Of a DNA stretch of 64,000 bases, positions 44,368-56,467 are shown piece by piece. The first letter of the stretch is position 1, and each line of letters opens with the position of its first letter. The stretch covers positions 10,139-74,138 of the forward strand of contig CADCNH010000004.1 of the NCBI GenBank assembly GCA_902802755.1, given 5' to 3'. The translations under genes were made by a program, and so were the position numbers. Source of the DNA: an uncultured Bacteroidota bacterium (GTDB lineage Bacteria; Bacteroidota; Bacteroidia; Bacteroidales; WCHB1-69). Under the pieces are notes generated by a model. The model saw nothing but the letters and a program-made list of their open reading frames with translations, made no database searches and had not been told where the DNA came from.

Positions 44368-47300
44368 TCAATCTTTAACGCAGCGCAGTGAATTACCGTG
44401 GCTTTGAGCTGAATTTCCAATCGTATAACTAGTAGAATTATCTATATACAAAATCGTTGGAGTACCATTTGACCCAATGCCCCATAGTATAGTGTACTCT
44501 CCAAAACCTTGGTATATAGCTGCGTTTCCTGAAGGATACAATCTTCCGGCATATTTGGCTGCAAACCCAGTGGCAGATGTCAGGCTTGCTCCTGAATTCC
44601 TCAAAGCAGAAAAATCTGAATCAGTAGGAATATGCCAGCCTGTCGGGCAAATGCCCTTCATACCTTGAGTGGGAGTGGAAGCGCTGTTTGTGATAGCCTT
44701 CCAGTTATACAAATATCCGTATGTGCTCAAATTGGAGGAATTTCCTTTTGGATAATAACGATAAGCTGTTGTGGAGGATGGAGCAATAGTAGAATCCTTT
44801 AAAGTGCCTACAGGATAGCGCAAGTTCTCCGTCATCCAGCACTGGCTGCCGAATACCTTAATAGAATAGCTATTACCATTATTGTCCGATACCGTGGTGG
44901 CACGGCCGCAAGGACCTGCATCCTCCAACACGAATTTCAAAGCAAAACCAGCTTTAGTTACGGATACATCGCTCGTGAAATGAATGGTAAGGGCACCATC
45001 AGAAGATGTGGAGGTGTAAGCCGTTACTGTACCACCATTGGTACCAGTATACTGGGCCACACTACTTGCTGAGGCTGAAGTGTTTGTACCATTAAATACT
45101 TGTAAGACATCGTAGTCGGTTTCTATAGCATACGTGCCGGAAGCCAATTTCACTCTCTTGTTGATGGAAGAGGGCTTGACAATCAGATAACCATCCCAAT
45201 TGTTGCCATAATTGCCATTAGGGCCGCCAGCATCATAAACCCAGACGGAGTCGGAAGATAGTGTAAGTGTTCTATCTCCAGTGGTAGGCACTGTCTGGAC
45301 AACCGTAAAGTTGAGGTTGTTACTATAGGCTGTACCATTTATAGTGGTGGCAAAGGCGCGTACTGTGTAAGTGTAATTCATAGAGACGGAGAAGGTGAGG
45401 TCAAATGTGTTGGCACTGGTGTCCTTGGTAATGTAGGTGTTGTTGAGCGTTGGTGTGTTGGTGCCAGATACAAAGCAAATACCCTTGACTAACAGGTGCT
45501 CACCTTGGCCATTGACCGTCACTCTTACGGTTGCTTTGTTGTAGTTCATGGAAACAAGACTAACAGTAGCCGTAGGCAATGAACCCTGCTGATTGTTAAT
45601 CTGCTGCTGTAAGCTGTCTATAGTCTCCTGCATCTGGTAAATTGTACCCTCGGCCATGTCACGCACGCAGCGTACGGAATATCCGTTTCCAACATGATAA
45701 CTACTACTTGCATTTCTCAGCACATAATCATTGCACCATCTGAAAACATATACCACTGGAAGGGAAGAGCTTAGTGTTGAAGTCCAGAAATAGGTTTCCT
45801 CACCAGGTAAATAATTATAAAAGGGAGAATGGAAACCGGCCGGTCCAGCGTCGAAACCGGTAGCGTTGTTAGCAGATAAATTATAACCAGGGGTACAACT
45901 ATTGCTTGTGAAGGATCTCCAGTTGGATTGCGAAGCCAAAGCTTTGGCTACATAGAATCTTTCACTGTTATTGCTATTGTTATAACCGCTGCATAAGTAT
46001 AGACTGTTACTGCTCACGGAATTTAACATTTGTGACCATTCAGCATCACTCGGCACGTGCCAGTTGTCGGGACAAATACCTTGTACACCGCTGGGATTGT
46101 TATTGCTGCTTGATGCATCGTGCATCACAGCGGCTTTGTTGTATAAGTAGCCATAAATAGACAAATTGGCTTCGTTATTACCTGGATAGTAGCGGTATCC
46201 ATAAGTTTCAGAAGAATCGCTCATCTCTCCTAACCAAATATGGGCTCCATCAGCATAAGTGGTAGTGCGAAGGTTCTCCTTCATCCAGCACTGGTTACCG
46301 ATCTTCACGGTGTTGTAGCTGTTGCCGTCAATATCATACATCTTGGAGCTGCCACACAGGAACAAGGGATCGTCATTGTTCTGATCTTGCTGCTGCATCT
46401 CGTTGATTTGCTGCTGCATCTCGTTGATCTGTTGCTGCTGTTGGTTGATGGTCTGATTCTGATTGTCAATCGTCTGTTGCAACTGGCCTATGGTACCTTC
46501 AGCCACATCGCGCACGCAACGTACAGGATACAATAAAGCCTTATTCTCAATATTGTTGATATCGTCGATGTCAGCATCGTAAGCACTAAGCTTCAATGTA
46601 TAGGCACCAGAAACCGAAGCACTCGATTGATCATTACCATAGTTGTACGACAAGGTAGAACTCCAGAAGTTTGTTCTTTGTTTAGGAGACAGTTGTGCAT
46701 AAGTGAAAGAAGATGTGATTTGTGCATAACCGAATCCAATAGCGGAGAAACCGGAAGCATTGTTGTCAGAGAGATTATTACCAACAGCACATGTAATACT
46801 GTTGGTGTTCCAACTACCGGGAAGGTTGGAAGCCAGAGCCTTGGCAATGTCTCCTGTGTTGGTGCCACAATACATTTGGTTATTGACCAAGGTGTTTTTC
46901 AAGGTATTCCAATCAGTCCAATAATCAGGAATATGCCACCCGTCGGGACAGATACCTTGGTTTACAACACTACCCGCTTCATTCTGATTCCAGTTACCTA
47001 CAGGACTTTGCTCGGAAGCTGTGGACAGGCCATACAAAGCGGCAGCCAAGTTATACACACCACTCTGGAATTCATTGCCTGAATCGGTATATGACATAAG
47101 ATGATAGAGCGGTGTTGTTCCACTTGTATCGTGTGATAATATAGCACTACTTAAATTACTGATGGCGGTACCGTCAGGGAAGTGTGTGGTACGGAGGTTT
47201 TCCTTCATCCAGCACTGGTTGCCGATTTTCACGGTATTGTATGCGTTGCCGTCCACGTCGTATACTTTGGAGGTGCCGCAGGTGAAGGTGATATCGTTGT

Positions 47301-50300
47301 TACCCGTGCCGGCATTGGCCTGTGTATTGGCCAGCTCGTTCTCCAGACTGTCGATACGGTTGTTGAGTGTGCCCATGCTATTGTTAATCATTGCCTGAAC
47401 ATCGGCAGCGGTAAGGAATCCGCTCAAGTCGGGCGTCGTGAGATTGATAGTCTGGTTGTCGCAGGCGTTAGCAGAGAAGGTACCCACCGGCTCGTTGTTC
47501 TGCATAATGGTGAGCACACCGTCGCACACAGTAGGACTTTGGTTTTCACCTTCGTCGCCGTTGTCGGCAGTCTCAGCAATGTCGCGCACGCAACGGACAG
47601 ACATACCCCAAGTGTTGAAACTATAACTGATTCCAAAATTTGGATTAGCATAATTAATGATAACAGTCCATATACGACCTGCAATTTCCGGATATAAAGT
47701 TGTGCTGCTGAAGTATGCGTTTGTATTATGGATTGACGAAGTTCCTCCATTATTGAATCCTGCCGGCAATGCAGAAAATCCAGTAGCATTATTTTCAGAA
47801 ACATTATATCCAACATTACAATTATCTGCATAAGAGGTAGGAATGTTGGTATTCCATGCTGTGGCAGCGGCCAATGCTTTAGCAGTATAATTGGGTTCGC
47901 CGCAACCGTATTCGCTGACACTGTGTACATAGTCTTTCAAGAGTGTCCACTCGCCGTGACTGGGGACGTGCCATCCTACAGGACAAATACCCTGAACACC
48001 GCTGGGAACCGCATCACTACTGGATTCATTGTTCATCGCGGCTATCCAATTATAGAGATAGCCGTATGTGGCAACAGAATCTACACCTTGTTCTGGGTTG
48101 AAACGACAACGTTGGGTTGACGTAATTGACATGTTTCCGTATGGAATATCCGTTCCGTCGCTGTAATGTGTAGATCGGATATTCTCCTTCATCCAGCATT
48201 GGGTACCAATCTTGACAGTGTTGTATGTATTACCGTCATAGTCTTTCACCTTGGAAGTACCGCAGGTGAAGGTGGCATCTTGGATATCATTCATCGTATT
48301 TTGCATATCAGCTATCACATTTTGCAAGCTGTCGATTTGATTTTGCATGCCAGTGATGTCAGGAACAACAGGGCTCACAATGTTGACTGTTCGATTTTCA
48401 CTTTGGTTAGCGGTGAAGGTACCTACAGTCTGGCCATCCTGCTGGATGGTGAGTGTGGCGTTGTTCACTGTCGGGAGATCTTCAGATGTAATATATCCCG
48501 CGTCGTTTTGGAATTCACTTACGTTGGAAGGTACTGTCGGAAGATCTTGAGATGTAATATATCCCGCATCGTTTTGGAATTCACTCACGTTGGAGGGTAC
48601 TGTCGGAATGGTGGGTGCTCCGTTCAAATCGCTGTAATTGCCCGTAAAGGCCACGGTGGCCAGGCTGTCGTGCAGGTTAAGACTTGTCTCTTCATCCTGC
48701 GGGTCACGGAGGCAACGAATGGAATAGCCGTTGGCAGCACAATTTTCTGTGTGACGGACATTGTTTATATAATATGAATGATGCTCTTTAAACACCACTG
48801 GTTGAGCTGGTAACATTGTTATGGAGCAGTAACCCTTGGTATATTGATTGTCATCATATGTGGCACTCCAGAAACCAACAGAATAAGACTCAAAGATACC
48901 ACCGTTCCAAAAATAATTACCTGCGGGGAAAGCTGAGAAACCCGTGGCATTGTTGGTGGAAAGATCATGAGCCACCGCACAAGGAGAATAACTGGTAGAT
49001 GTATATTGCCAACCAGTGTTCGATGCTAAAGCCTTGGCCACGTATGTGGCATCACCATCACAAGCGTACTGGCTTTGACTTCCCACATAGTCAAGAAGCT
49101 GAATCCATTCTGCTTCGCTCGGCACGTGCCAGCCCGTAGGACAGATACCTTGTACCCCACTTGGGATAGCATTGCTGTATACAGCCCCATTCATAACCGC
49201 AGGCCAGTTGTATAGGTATCCACGCTCTGTCAATGACAAGTTGCAATCAGTGTTATCATAGTAATGGGGATTCGTGGTACTGGTATCTGTGCCAGCGGAT
49301 ATTTCCGTACCATCTGCATGGTGTGTGGTTCTTAGGTTCTCTTTGGTCCAGCACTGAGTGCCAATCTTGACGGTGTTATATGTATTGCCGTCATAGTCTT
49401 TCACTTTGGAAACACCGCAGATAAAGTTGACGCCATTCATTTCATCCATGTAATCTTGCATTTCATTCAGCAAATTCTGCAGACTATCGATTTGGTTTTG
49501 GAGAGAGCCCAACTGATCCTCAGTATTCTGCATCTGGTCGCTAATGCATCGTATGGAAAGACCTCGTTCTTGATTTTCATAACTTATGACGGCTTTAGTC
49601 CAAGCATAGTAAAACTCAAAAGTATAAGCTCTGTTCAAATTAGCGCCGACAGTTTTCCAACTGGAAGAACTCCAGAAATATGCATAAGCACCAAAACTAC
49701 TATAATAATTGTGATTAAAATAGCCAGTAGGCAGAGCTGTGAATCCAGTTGCATTGTTGGAACTTTGATCATTACCTACATTGCATTCTTGCGAATAGTT
49801 GGTCCATCCTGTATTCGAAGCCAAAGCTTTTGCTATATTTTCATTGGAAGAGCCACATATATATTCATTTTGATTGCTTACATAGTTAATAAGAACATTA
49901 AATTCTGCCTTACTGGGCAAATGCCAACCTGTGGGACAAATACCTTGCACTCCACTTGGGTCTGCAACACTGGGAGTAGCATTGTTCATGGCTGCCATCC
50001 AGTTATAAAGATAACCGTGTGTAGCCACATTTTCAACCTTATTACGAGGATAATAGCGATAAGCAGTGGTAGTTGATGTGTCAGTGCCAAGAGCAATTTC
50101 CGTTCCGTTGCTATAGTGAGTGGTACGCAGGTTTTCTTTCATCCAGCATTGGTCTCCAAGTCTAAGTGTATTATATACATTTCCGTCATAGTCGGTTACC
50201 GTTGCAGGGCATACACCCTGATTATTATTATCCGACGTTCCCTGTTGATTTGTACCAGATGCTTCATCCCGGACACAACGAACGGAAAGACCATTTGTTT

Positions 50301-53300
50301 TTTTATTATATGTCATTTGCGGTTCAAAAGAATTTGCATATAATTGGAAACTACTTGCATTAGCAACATTTTCTCTTTCCGTCGCACCCCATATATATGC
50401 ATATCCACCTGTTTGACCTATTGTTTTTGTACCTGCTGCTCTGGCTGAAAAACCTGTAGCGTTATTGGTGGACATATTATTTCCCACTACACATTCATTA
50501 TTTACGTTCCACCATCCTACGGTGTCTGCCAAGGCTTTGCCGTATGCTGTACCATAGTTGTTGCATAAATATTCGTTTTGGCTGCTTACATAATCAATAA
50601 GTTGGTTCCATTCTGACTCACTTGGTACGTGCCATCCCGTGGGACAAATACCTTGTACTCCACTAGGATTCGCACTGCTGGAAGAGTTACCCCTCATGGT
50701 TGCCGCCCAGTTATATAAACGACCGTAAAGAGAAGCATTACCAAGAACATAATGATAAGCTACAGTGGAAGAGGTATCGTTGTTTCCTGCAGCGATTTCA
50801 GTACCATCGCTATAGTGTGTGGTTTTCAAGTTCTCCTTGGTCCAACATTGGTTACCAATCTTCACCGTATTATAAACGTTACCATCGTAGTCCTTTATGG
50901 TGGAAGTACCACATACAAAACCAACAGCATCTATTTGGTTTTGCATATTGGCCATCACCTCCTGCAAACTGTCAATCTGGTGCTGCAGGCCCGTGATGTC
51001 GGGAACAACAGGGCTCACGATGTTGACCGTCTGGTCCTCACCCTGGTTAGCAGTGAAGGTGCCTACAGTTTGGCCATCCTGTTGGATGGTGAGTGTGGCA
51101 TTGTTCACTGCCGGGAGATCTTGGGATGTAATATATCCTGCATCATTCTGGAATGCACTCACGTTGGAAGGTACAGTTGGGATGGTGGGCTGGTTAATCA
51201 AGTCGTTGTAGTCGCCAGAAGTGGCAACGGGTTTGAGATCCGGTTTGTTAAGAATCATCTGTGTGCCGCTGGTGGCATTCCAGTCGGCAGGTAATTGCGT
51301 GATTTCACCGCTGGTGGTCGGGATGGTATAGGTATGTGTACCCGTTCCATCAGTCACGTGAATAAGGACATTGGAGCCGTTGCCTTCGGCCGTTACAGTC
51401 GGAGATACACCATCCTGTCCGTTTTCTCCGTTGGTGATGGTAAATGTGGATGTGGTTCCATCGGTATAAGTAATAGTGTATGTATCTACGGAACCCGCTG
51501 TGCTGGTCTTAGCAACAGAAGAGATGCCATTTCCGACAGGACCTTGGGGACCTTGCTCACCTTGGAGACCTTGCGGACCAGTTTCACCTTGAGGACCTTG
51601 TGGACCGACAGGACCTTGCACACCTTGTATACCTTGTTCGCCCTGAGGACCTTGTGGACCTTGCGGACCTGTCTCACCTTGTAAACCTTGCAAACCTTGT
51701 TCACCTTGAGGACCAGCGGGACCTTGTTCACCTGCGGCACCATTGGTTACCGTGAACATGCTGGTGGTGCCATCAGTATAATATATTGTATACACGTCTT
51801 GTAAACCACTGGTCACTGGACCTGTGATTTCTTGAATGCCGCGACCATCATTGCCGCCACCGGTACCGCCAGAAGGCAATGTTACGGTGTTACCACCAGA
51901 AATGGTCAACTGGTTACCAGAAATGGTCAACGTCTGGTTTGTGCCCTGACCATCCACACCGTTGGTTACCGTGAAAGTGCTGGTGGTGTTATCTGTATAA
52001 TTGATGGTATAGGTATCCACATTGCCATTGGAACTTGTCTGGGTGATGGAGACAATGCCCTTGCCAGCAGGACCTTGCAAACCCTGTTCACCCTGTGGAC
52101 CTTGCGGACCAGTCTCACCTTGCAGACCTTGTTCACCCTGTGGACCTTGCGGACCAGTCTCGCCTTGCAAACCCTGTTCTCCTTGGGGACCTACAGGACC
52201 TTGCTGGCCGTTGTGCACTATGAAAGTATGAGGGCCATACTTGTCGGTGATAGTCACTACTGTGCTGTCACCAGCTGTGATGGCTTCCACTACGGGTGAA
52301 TAGCCATCCACACCGTTGGTACCATTTGCACCGTCAGCGCCTTTCAAGGAGTTGAGGAAGTCGGTCACTGTGCCGGTATTGCCAGCCGCCAACCATAAGT
52401 CGTAAGCGGAGGCACCATCCTGACCATCTTCTCCATTAGTACCGTTGGTGCCATTTGCACCGTCAGCGCCTTTCAAAGAGTTGAGGAAGTCGGTCACTGT
52501 GCCGGTATTGCCAGCCGCCAACCACAAGTCGTAAGCGGAAGCACCATCAGCACCATCTTCTCCATTAGTACCGTTAGTACCATTTGCACCGTCAGTGCCT
52601 TTCAAAGAGTTGAGGAAGTCGGTCACTGTGCCGATATTGCCAGCCGCCAACCACAAGTCGTAAGCGGAAGCGCCATCAGCACCATCTTCTCCATTAGTAC
52701 CGTTGGTACCATTTGCACCGTCAGCACCTTTCAAAGAGTTGAGGAAGTCGGTCACTGTGCCAGTATTGCCAGCCGCCAACCACAAGTCGTAAGCGGAAGC
52801 GCCATCAGCACCATCTTCACCATTAGTACCGTTGGTACCATTTGCGCCGTCAGCACCTTTCAAAGAGTTGAGGAAGTCGGTCACTGTGCCGGTATTGCCG
52901 GCAGCCAACCACAAGTCGTAAGCGGAAGCGCCATCAGCACCATCTTCTCCATTAGTACCGTTGGTACCATTGGCACCGTCAGCGCCTTTCAAAGAGTTGA
53001 GGAAGTCGGTCACTGTGCCGGTATTGCCAGCCGCCAACCATAAGTCGTAAGCGGAGGCACCATCCTGACCATTTTCTCCATTAGTACCATTTGTGCCATT
53101 TGCACCGTCAGCGCCTTTCAAAGAGTTGAGGAAGTCGGCCACTGTGCCAGTATTGCCCGCAGCCAACCATAAGTCGTAAGCGGAAGCGCCATCCTGACCA
53201 TCGCTACCATCTTGTCCGTTTGTTCCGTTGGCACCATTCTGAATGGTGAAGGAGTGCGGACCGGTTGCATCGGTAATGGTCACTTGTGTTCCACCTTCTA

Positions 53301-53895
53301 CAGATGTTGTAGTCACAACAGGAGAGAAGCCGTCAGCACCATCCTGACCATCTTGTCCGGGAGCACCCGGAGGGCCTTGCGGTCCAGGAGAGCCTTGACG
53401 GAGGAAGAAAGTTTGCGGGGTACCACCAGGCTGAGTGATGGTAACCACATAACCACTGTCGGTCGGGATAATGGCAAAGGCGGGAATATTGCCAGCATGG
53501 CTTGCATACAAAGCATACGGTACACTCAGCAGCTGCTGAATACCCGCAATACTGTAGTTAAAACCACCTTCCGGGTCAATTTCGGATTTCAGGAAGAAGG
53601 GACCATTGCCCCAGTTAATACTGGAGAAGTTGCCTGACACAGGAGTACCGTTACCAACCTCCACAGTCATCAAACCATTGGCGTTGGTTTGTGTAGTATG
53701 GGTCTCCATATACACGGGGGTTCCACTTTCATTTCCTTGCAAAATGGTTATCTGCACGGAAACATTCTGATTGATGACCAAACTGTTGTTCGTATTACGA
53801 ACCACTGCCTGATAACTCATCTTTTGGGGTGACTGGGCCAGCAATGCGGCCATTGAAATCACCATTGCAAACAAAAAGAGTATAAGTTTTCTCAT
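44368..53895 (-). CDS. Giant secreted fibre-like protein 2 (~3175 aa): SVPYAL N-domain, collagen and 43-aa SAYDLW repeats, phage-fibre-like motifs, coiled coils, 7 FISUMP domains, FN3-like and CUB-like domains
   Basis: Signal peptide from ATG 53895; paralogous to 9515-20659 at the N-terminus; seven QCW..EN...G.CP..WH.P...RC domains; [13 protein letters not shown]...ETDYD.L...IHFTSD....AGF is CUB-like. Confidence 0.9.
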   Translation of the reverse strand: MRKLILFLFAMVISMAALLAQSPQKMSYQAVVRNTNNSLVINQNVSVQITILQGNESGTPVYMETHTTQTNANGLMTVEVGNGTPVSGNFSSINWGNGPFFLKSEIDPEGGFNYSIAGIQQLLSVPYALYASHAGNIPAFAIIPTDSGYVVTITQPGGTPQTFFLRQGSPGPQGPPGAPGQDGQDGADGFSPVVTTTSVEGGTQVTITDATGPHSFTIQNGANGTNGQDGSDGQDGASAYDLWLAAGNTGTVADFLNSLKGADGANGTNGTNGENGQDGASAYDLWLAAGNTGTVTDFLNSLKGADGANGTNGTNGEDGADGASAYDLWLAAGNTGTVTDFLNSLKGADGANGTNGTNGEDGADGASAYDLWLAAGNTGTVTDFLNSLKGADGANGTNGTNGEDGADGASAYDLWLAAGNIGTVTDFLNSLKGTDGANGTNGTNGEDGADGASAYDLWLAAGNTGTVTDFLNSLKGADGANGTNGTNGEDGQDGASAYDLWLAAGNTGTVTDFLNSLKGADGANGTNGVDGYSPVVEAITAGDSTVVTITDKYGPHTFIVHNGQQGPVGPQGEQGLQGETGPQGPQGEQGLQGETGPQGPQGEQGLQGPAGKGIVSITQTSSNGNVDTYTINYTDNTTSTFTVTNGVDGQGTNQTLTISGNQLTISGGNTVTLPSGGTGGGNDGRGIQEITGPVTSGLQDVYTIYYTDGTTSMFTVTNGAAGEQGPAGPQGEQGLQGLQGETGPQGPQGPQGEQGIQGVQGPVGPQGPQGETGPQGLQGEQGPQGPVGNGISSVAKTSTAGSVDTYTITYTDGTTSTFTITNGENGQDGVSPTVTAEGNGSNVLIHVTDGTGTHTYTIPTTSGEITQLPADWNATSGTQMILNKPDLKPVATSGDYNDLINQPTIPTVPSNVSAFQNDAGYITSQDLPAVNNATLTIQQDGQTVGTFTANQGEDQTVNIVSPVVPDITGLQHQIDSLQEVMANMQNQIDAVGFVCGTSTIKDYDGNVYNTVKIGNQCWTKENLKTTHYSDGTEIAAGNNDTSSTVAYHYVLGNASLYGRLYNWAATMRGNSSSSANPSGVQGICPTGWHVPSESEWNQLIDYVSSQNEYLCNNYGTAYGKALADTVGWWNVNNECVVGNNMSTNNATGFSARAAGTKTIGQTGGYAYIWGATERENVANASSFQLYANSFEPQMTYNKKTNGLSVRCVRDEASGTNQQGTSDNNNQGVCPATVTDYDGNVYNTLRLGDQCWMKENLRTTHYSNGTEIALGTDTSTTTAYRYYPRNKVENVATHGYLYNWMAAMNNATPSVADPSGVQGICPTGWHLPSKAEFNVLINYVSNQNEYICGSSNENIAKALASNTGWTNYSQECNVGNDQSSNNATGFTALPTGYFNHNYYSSFGAYAYFWSSSSWKTVGANLNRAYTFEFYYAWTKAVISYENQERGLSIRCISDQMQNTEDQLGSLQNQIDSLQNLLNEMQDYMDEMNGVNFICGVSKVKDYDGNTYNTVKIGTQCWTKENLRTTHHADGTEISAGTDTSTTNPHYYDNTDCNLSLTERGYLYNWPAVMNGAVYSNAIPSGVQGICPTGWHVPSEAEWIQLLDYVGSQSQYACDGDATYVAKALASNTGWQYTSTSYSPCAVAHDLSTNNATGFSAFPAGNYFWNGGIFESYSVGFWSATYDDNQYTKGYCSITMLPAQPVVFKEHHSYYINNVRHTENCAANGYSIRCLRDPQDEETSLNLHDSLATVAFTGNYSDLNGAPTIPTVPSNVSEFQNDAGYITSQDLPTVPSNVSEFQNDAGYITSEDLPTVNNATLTIQQDGQTVGTFTANQSENRTVNIVSPVVPDITGMQNQIDSLQNVIADMQNTMNDIQDATFTCGTSKVKDYDGNTYNTVKIGTQCWMKENIRSTHYSDGTDIPYGNMSITSTQRCRFNPEQGVDSVATYGYLYNWIAAMNNESSSDAVPSGVQGICPVGWHVPSHGEWTLLKDYVHSVSEYGCGEPNYTAKALAAATAWNTNIPTSYADNCNVGYNVSENNATGFSALPAGFNNGGTSSIHNTNAYFSSTTLYPEIAGRIWTVIINYANPNFGISYSFNTWGMSVRCVRDIAETADNGDEGENQSPTVCDGVLTIMQNNEPVGTFSANACDNQTINLTTPDLSGFLTAADVQAMINNSMGTLNNRIDSLENELANTQANAGTGNNDITFTCGTSKVYDVDGNAYNTVKIGNQCWMKENLRTTHFPDGTAISNLSSAILSHDTSGTTPLYHLMSYTDSGNEFQSGVYNLAAALYGLSTASEQSPVGNWNQNEAGSVVNQGICPDGWHIPDYWTDWNTLKNTLVNNQMYCGTNTGDIAKALASNLPGSWNTNSITCAVGNNLSDNNASGFSAIGFGYAQITSSFTYAQLSPKQRTNFWSSTLSYNYGNDQSSASVSGAYTLKLSAYDADIDDINNIENKALLYPVRCVRDVAEGTIGQLQQTIDNQNQTINQQQQQINEMQQQINEMQQQDQNNDDPLFLCGSSKMYDIDGNSYNTVKIGNQCWMKENLRTTTYADGAHIWLGEMSDSSETYGYRYYPGNNEANLSIYGYLYNKAAVMHDASSSNNNPSGVQGICPDNWHVPSDAEWSQMLNSVSSNSLYLCSGYNNSNNSERFYVAKALASQSNWRSFTSNSCTPGYNLSANNATGFDAGPAGFHSPFYNYLPGEETYFWTSTLSSSLPVVYVFRWCNDYVLRNASSSYHVGNGYSVRCVRDMAEGTIYQMQETIDSLQQQINNQQGSLPTATVSLVSMNYNKATVRVTVNGQGEHLLVKGICFVSGTNTPTLNNTYITKDTSANTFDLTFSVSMNYTYTVRAFATTINGTAYSNNLNFTVVQTVPTTGDRTLTLSSDSVWVYDAGGPNGNYGNNWDGYLIVKPSSINKRVKLASGTYAIETDYDVLQVFNGTNTSASASSVAQYTGTNGGTVTAYTSTSSDGALTIHFTSDVSVTKAGFALKFVLEDAGPCGRATTVSDNNGNSYSIKVFGSQCWMTENLRYPVGTLKDSTIAPSSTTAYRYYPKGNSSNLSTYGYLYNWKAITNSASTPTQGMKGICPTGWHIPTDSDFSALRNSGASLTSATGFAAKYAGRLYPSGNAAIYQGFGEYTILWGIGSNGTPTILYIDNSTSYTIGNSAQSHGNSLRCVKD
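52312..53215 (-). repeat. Seven near-identical 129-bp (43-aa) tandem repeats
   Basis: [43 protein letters not shown] x7; cgtaagcgga recurs at 52401 and 52530 (129 bp period). Confidence 0.95.
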
Positions 53896-53984
53896 GGCAA
53901 ATGTTTTTGAAAATAAATTTTGTTTCACGTTTTGTTTTACAGATGCACAAGGGCTTACCCTAACAACTATTGATTGTTAGTCGT

Positions 53985-54473
53985 TTACAGACTGTTTTTC
54001 ACCACCTTGAAGGTTTTGAGCAGTGTTTTGTTGTCCACAATACGCAAATGATAGGTGGCTGCCGCATAGTCGGAAAAATCTATTTCGGTATCCAAATCTT
54101 TCACAATAAATGATTTAACCAACTTTCCATTAAAATCGTAAAGCTGGGCTGTTAAGCCGTAGGATGGAATATCGTATTTCCTGATGCTTAACAGAACCTT
54201 GCTGGTGGTGGGGTTAGGATAAAGTATGGCTTCCAGGGTTATGTTGGGATAACTGTTGATGCCCACCTCCTGGATTTCGAAGGGCTGTTGAACACCTTCA
54301 ATGATGTATTGGCCACTGCCTTCCACTTTCTGATCTGCTATCTGGCCTACGGTGTAGGTTACTGTACCGCCGCTACCTGTTGCACTACCGCCTGTGGTTA
54401 CCACAGCGGATTGTCCGAACGCTGATAACGACAAAAAACTAATGGTAAAAAATGTAAATAAAAATTTCTTCAT
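53985..54473 (-). CDS. Small T9SS type A sorting-domain protein
   Basis: Signal peptide, short N-domain (GGSATGSGGTVTYTVGQ...EGVQQP), then LYPNPT...LYDFNGKLV...IDFSDYAAATYHLRI...KTFKVVK. Confidence 0.88.
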   Translation of the reverse strand: MKKFLFTFFTISFLSLSAFGQSAVVTTGGSATGSGGTVTYTVGQIADQKVEGSGQYIIEGVQQPFEIQEVGINSYPNITLEAILYPNPTTSKVLLSIRKYDIPSYGLTAQLYDFNGKLVKSFIVKDLDTEIDFSDYAAATYHLRIVDNKTLLKTFKVVKNSL

Positions 54474-54600
54474 ATCAATAAGGGTTTAATTAAACTTTTT
54501 TCTTACAAAATACTATAAATTCCATGCAAATATAGAATTTTTTTTAAATGAAACATCAATTGTTGATAACTTTTTTTAAGAAATCTTGTTTTTTTGCAAA

Positions 54601-54635
54601 AAAAAAGAGGGAAACATATGTTTCCCTCTTTTTTT
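54601..54635 (-). terminator. Intrinsic terminator
   Basis: aaaaaagagggaaacatatgtttccctcttttttt perfect palindrome downstream of 54671-55207. Confidence 0.8.
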
Positions 54636-54670
54636 AAAAACTACCTCTTTATGAGGTGTTTATTCAAGAA

Positions 54671-55207
54671 TTATTTCTTTTCGCAGGGTTTCTGACCGTC
54701 TTTGCAGCAACCTTCGCCTTCTTTATTGCAGCAACCTTCTTTAGCTTCTTTGCAGCATTTGTGGCCTTTGCAGCAGGGAGCGTTCTCATCGAAGAAAGCT
54801 TTTTGCTCTTCAATGGTCATATTGTCCCAGTTAGCCATAACTTTTTCGATTTCAGCTTTCTTAGCTTCACATTCGGCTTTCTTGGCTTCACATTCAGCTT
54901 TCTTAGCTTCGCATTCGGGTTTGTTAGCTTCACATTCAGCTTTGTGGGCTTCGCATTCAGCCATTCTCTTGTCGAAGCATTCTTTTGCTTTGGCAATCAG
55001 TTCGGCTTTTCTTTCTTCGGTCTGGTTTTCCCAGTTTTCCCAGTCAGCTTTGAATGCTTTCTGTTCTTCTGTCATTTGGCAGCAGTGTTGTTCTTCAGCG
55101 GCAACTTCTGTGTTTTCTTCGGTAGCAACGGTTTCTTCAGCGGGTTTGTTGTTGCATGAAACGAAAACGAAGCATGCGGCTGCAATTAATAACATTAATT
55201 TTTTCAT
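54671..55207 (-). CDS. Cys-rich lipoprotein with AECEAKK heptad repeats
   Basis: Lipobox FVS-C; five ECEAxKx units; C-terminal CC pairs. Confidence 0.8.
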   Translation of the reverse strand: MKKLMLLIAAACFVFVSCNNKPAEETVATEENTEVAAEEQHCCQMTEEQKAFKADWENWENQTEERKAELIAKAKECFDKRMAECEAHKAECEANKPECEAKKAECEAKKAECEAKKAEIEKVMANWDNMTIEEQKAFFDENAPCCKGHKCCKEAKEGCCNKEGEGCCKDGQKPCEKK

Positions 55208-55341
55208 TGTTTTTTCTGTTTTTTTGTGTGAATAATAAATTTATTTATGTTCAAATTTTGAGGTTGCAAAAATACAATTTTTTTTTATCTTTGCATCCTC
55301 AAAAATACAAAAAATTTTAACCCCTTAAATAGTTCAAATTT

Positions 55342-56415
55342 ATGCAGAAAAAAGGTAACAAATACGGTACACACCGTGTCATCGAACCCAAGGGTGTTCT
55401 TCCACAACCCGCTAACAAATTGGATAACAACATGGATGAAATCTGGGACAATGAGATTCTCATTGACGTTCAAACCCTGAACATCGACTCTGCCAGTTTC
55501 ACCGATATTCACAATTATGCCAAACAGCAAGCAGGTGAGGGCGCTTCAGAAGAAAAAGTGATGGAAGAGGTGAAGAAAGAGATGCTTCTCAATGTTGAAT
55601 TACAAGGCAAACACCGTAACCGTCGTACTGGTTCTGGCGGTATGCTTCTCGGTAAAGTGGAGAAAATCGGTGATGCTCTGAAAGGCAAAATCGATCTCAA
55701 GGAAGGTGACCGTATCGCTACTTTGGTGAGCCTTTCGTTAACTCCGCTGCGTATTGACGAGATTTTGGAAATCCGTCCCGATGTTGACCAAGTTGACATC
55801 AAGGGTAAGGCTATCCTTTTCGAGAGCGGTATCTATGCCAAGATTCCGACCGATATGCCTGAGAAACTCGCTTTGAGTGCATTGGATGTTGCCGGTGCCC
55901 CCGCTCAAACCGCTAAATTGTGCCAATATGGCCAGACCGTTGTTATCCTCGGTGCTGGTGGCAAGAGTGGTATGCTTTGCTGCTACGAGGCTAAGAAGCG
56001 TGTTGGTGTAACTGGTAAGGTAATCGGTATCGCCAACAGCCCGAAGTCAACCCAGCGTATCAAAGACCTCGGTTTCTGCGACATCGTGGAATCCGCTGCA
56101 GGTATGACTCCTGTTCAGGTTTACGAATTGGTTGAAAGACTGACCAATGGTAAAATGGCCGATGTGACCATCAACTGCGTCAATGTTCCCGATCAGGAAA
56201 TGACCGCTGTGCTTTGCACTAAAGACGATGGTATCGTTTACTTCTTCTCTATGGCTACCAGCTTCACCAAAGCTAGCCTCGGTGCTGAAGGTATTGGCAG
56301 CGATGTGAACATGATTATGGGTAACGGCTATACCAAAGGCCATGCTGAATTCACTTTGCAGGAACTGCGTGAAAGTCCCGAATTGAGAAAGATTTTTGAA
56401 GAATTATATGCATAA
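55342..56415 (+). CDS. kdd: L-erythro-3,5-diaminohexanoate dehydrogenase
   Basis: KGNKYGTHRVIEPKGVLPQPA, LNIDSASF, TGSGGML, ATLVSLSLTPL, LDVAGAPAQ, GAGGKSG and FFSMATSFTKA.LGAEG. Confidence 0.9.
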   Translation: MQKKGNKYGTHRVIEPKGVLPQPANKLDNNMDEIWDNEILIDVQTLNIDSASFTDIHNYAKQQAGEGASEEKVMEEVKKEMLLNVELQGKHRNRRTGSGGMLLGKVEKIGDALKGKIDLKEGDRIATLVSLSLTPLRIDEILEIRPDVDQVDIKGKAILFESGIYAKIPTDMPEKLALSALDVAGAPAQTAKLCQYGQTVVILGAGGKSGMLCCYEAKKRVGVTGKVIGIANSPKSTQRIKDLGFCDIVESAAGMTPVQVYELVERLTNGKMADVTINCVNVPDQEMTAVLCTKDDGIVYFFSMATSFTKASLGAEGIGSDVNMIMGNGYTKGHAEFTLQELRESPELRKIFEELYA

Positions 56416-56431
56416 TTCTTATTTCGTATTC

Positions 56432-56467
56432 AAAAACAGGGCTGCCATTAGGTAGCCCTGTTTTTTT
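56432..56467. terminator. Bidirectional intrinsic terminator
   Basis: aaaaacagggctgcc-atta-ggtagccctgttttttt. Confidence 0.8.

Noticed and set aside
52312-53215. Possible CRISPR array
   Set aside because: The units are in-frame coding repeats with no unique spacers, and there are no cas genes.
44368-53928. Prophage tail-fibre locus
   Set aside because: The protein has a Sec signal peptide and no capsid, terminase, tail or integrase genes are nearby.
54656-55235. Plus-strand ORFs of 167 and 177 aa with periodic sequence
   Set aside because: Antisense shadows of the AECEAKK lipoprotein, which has the lipobox and promoter.
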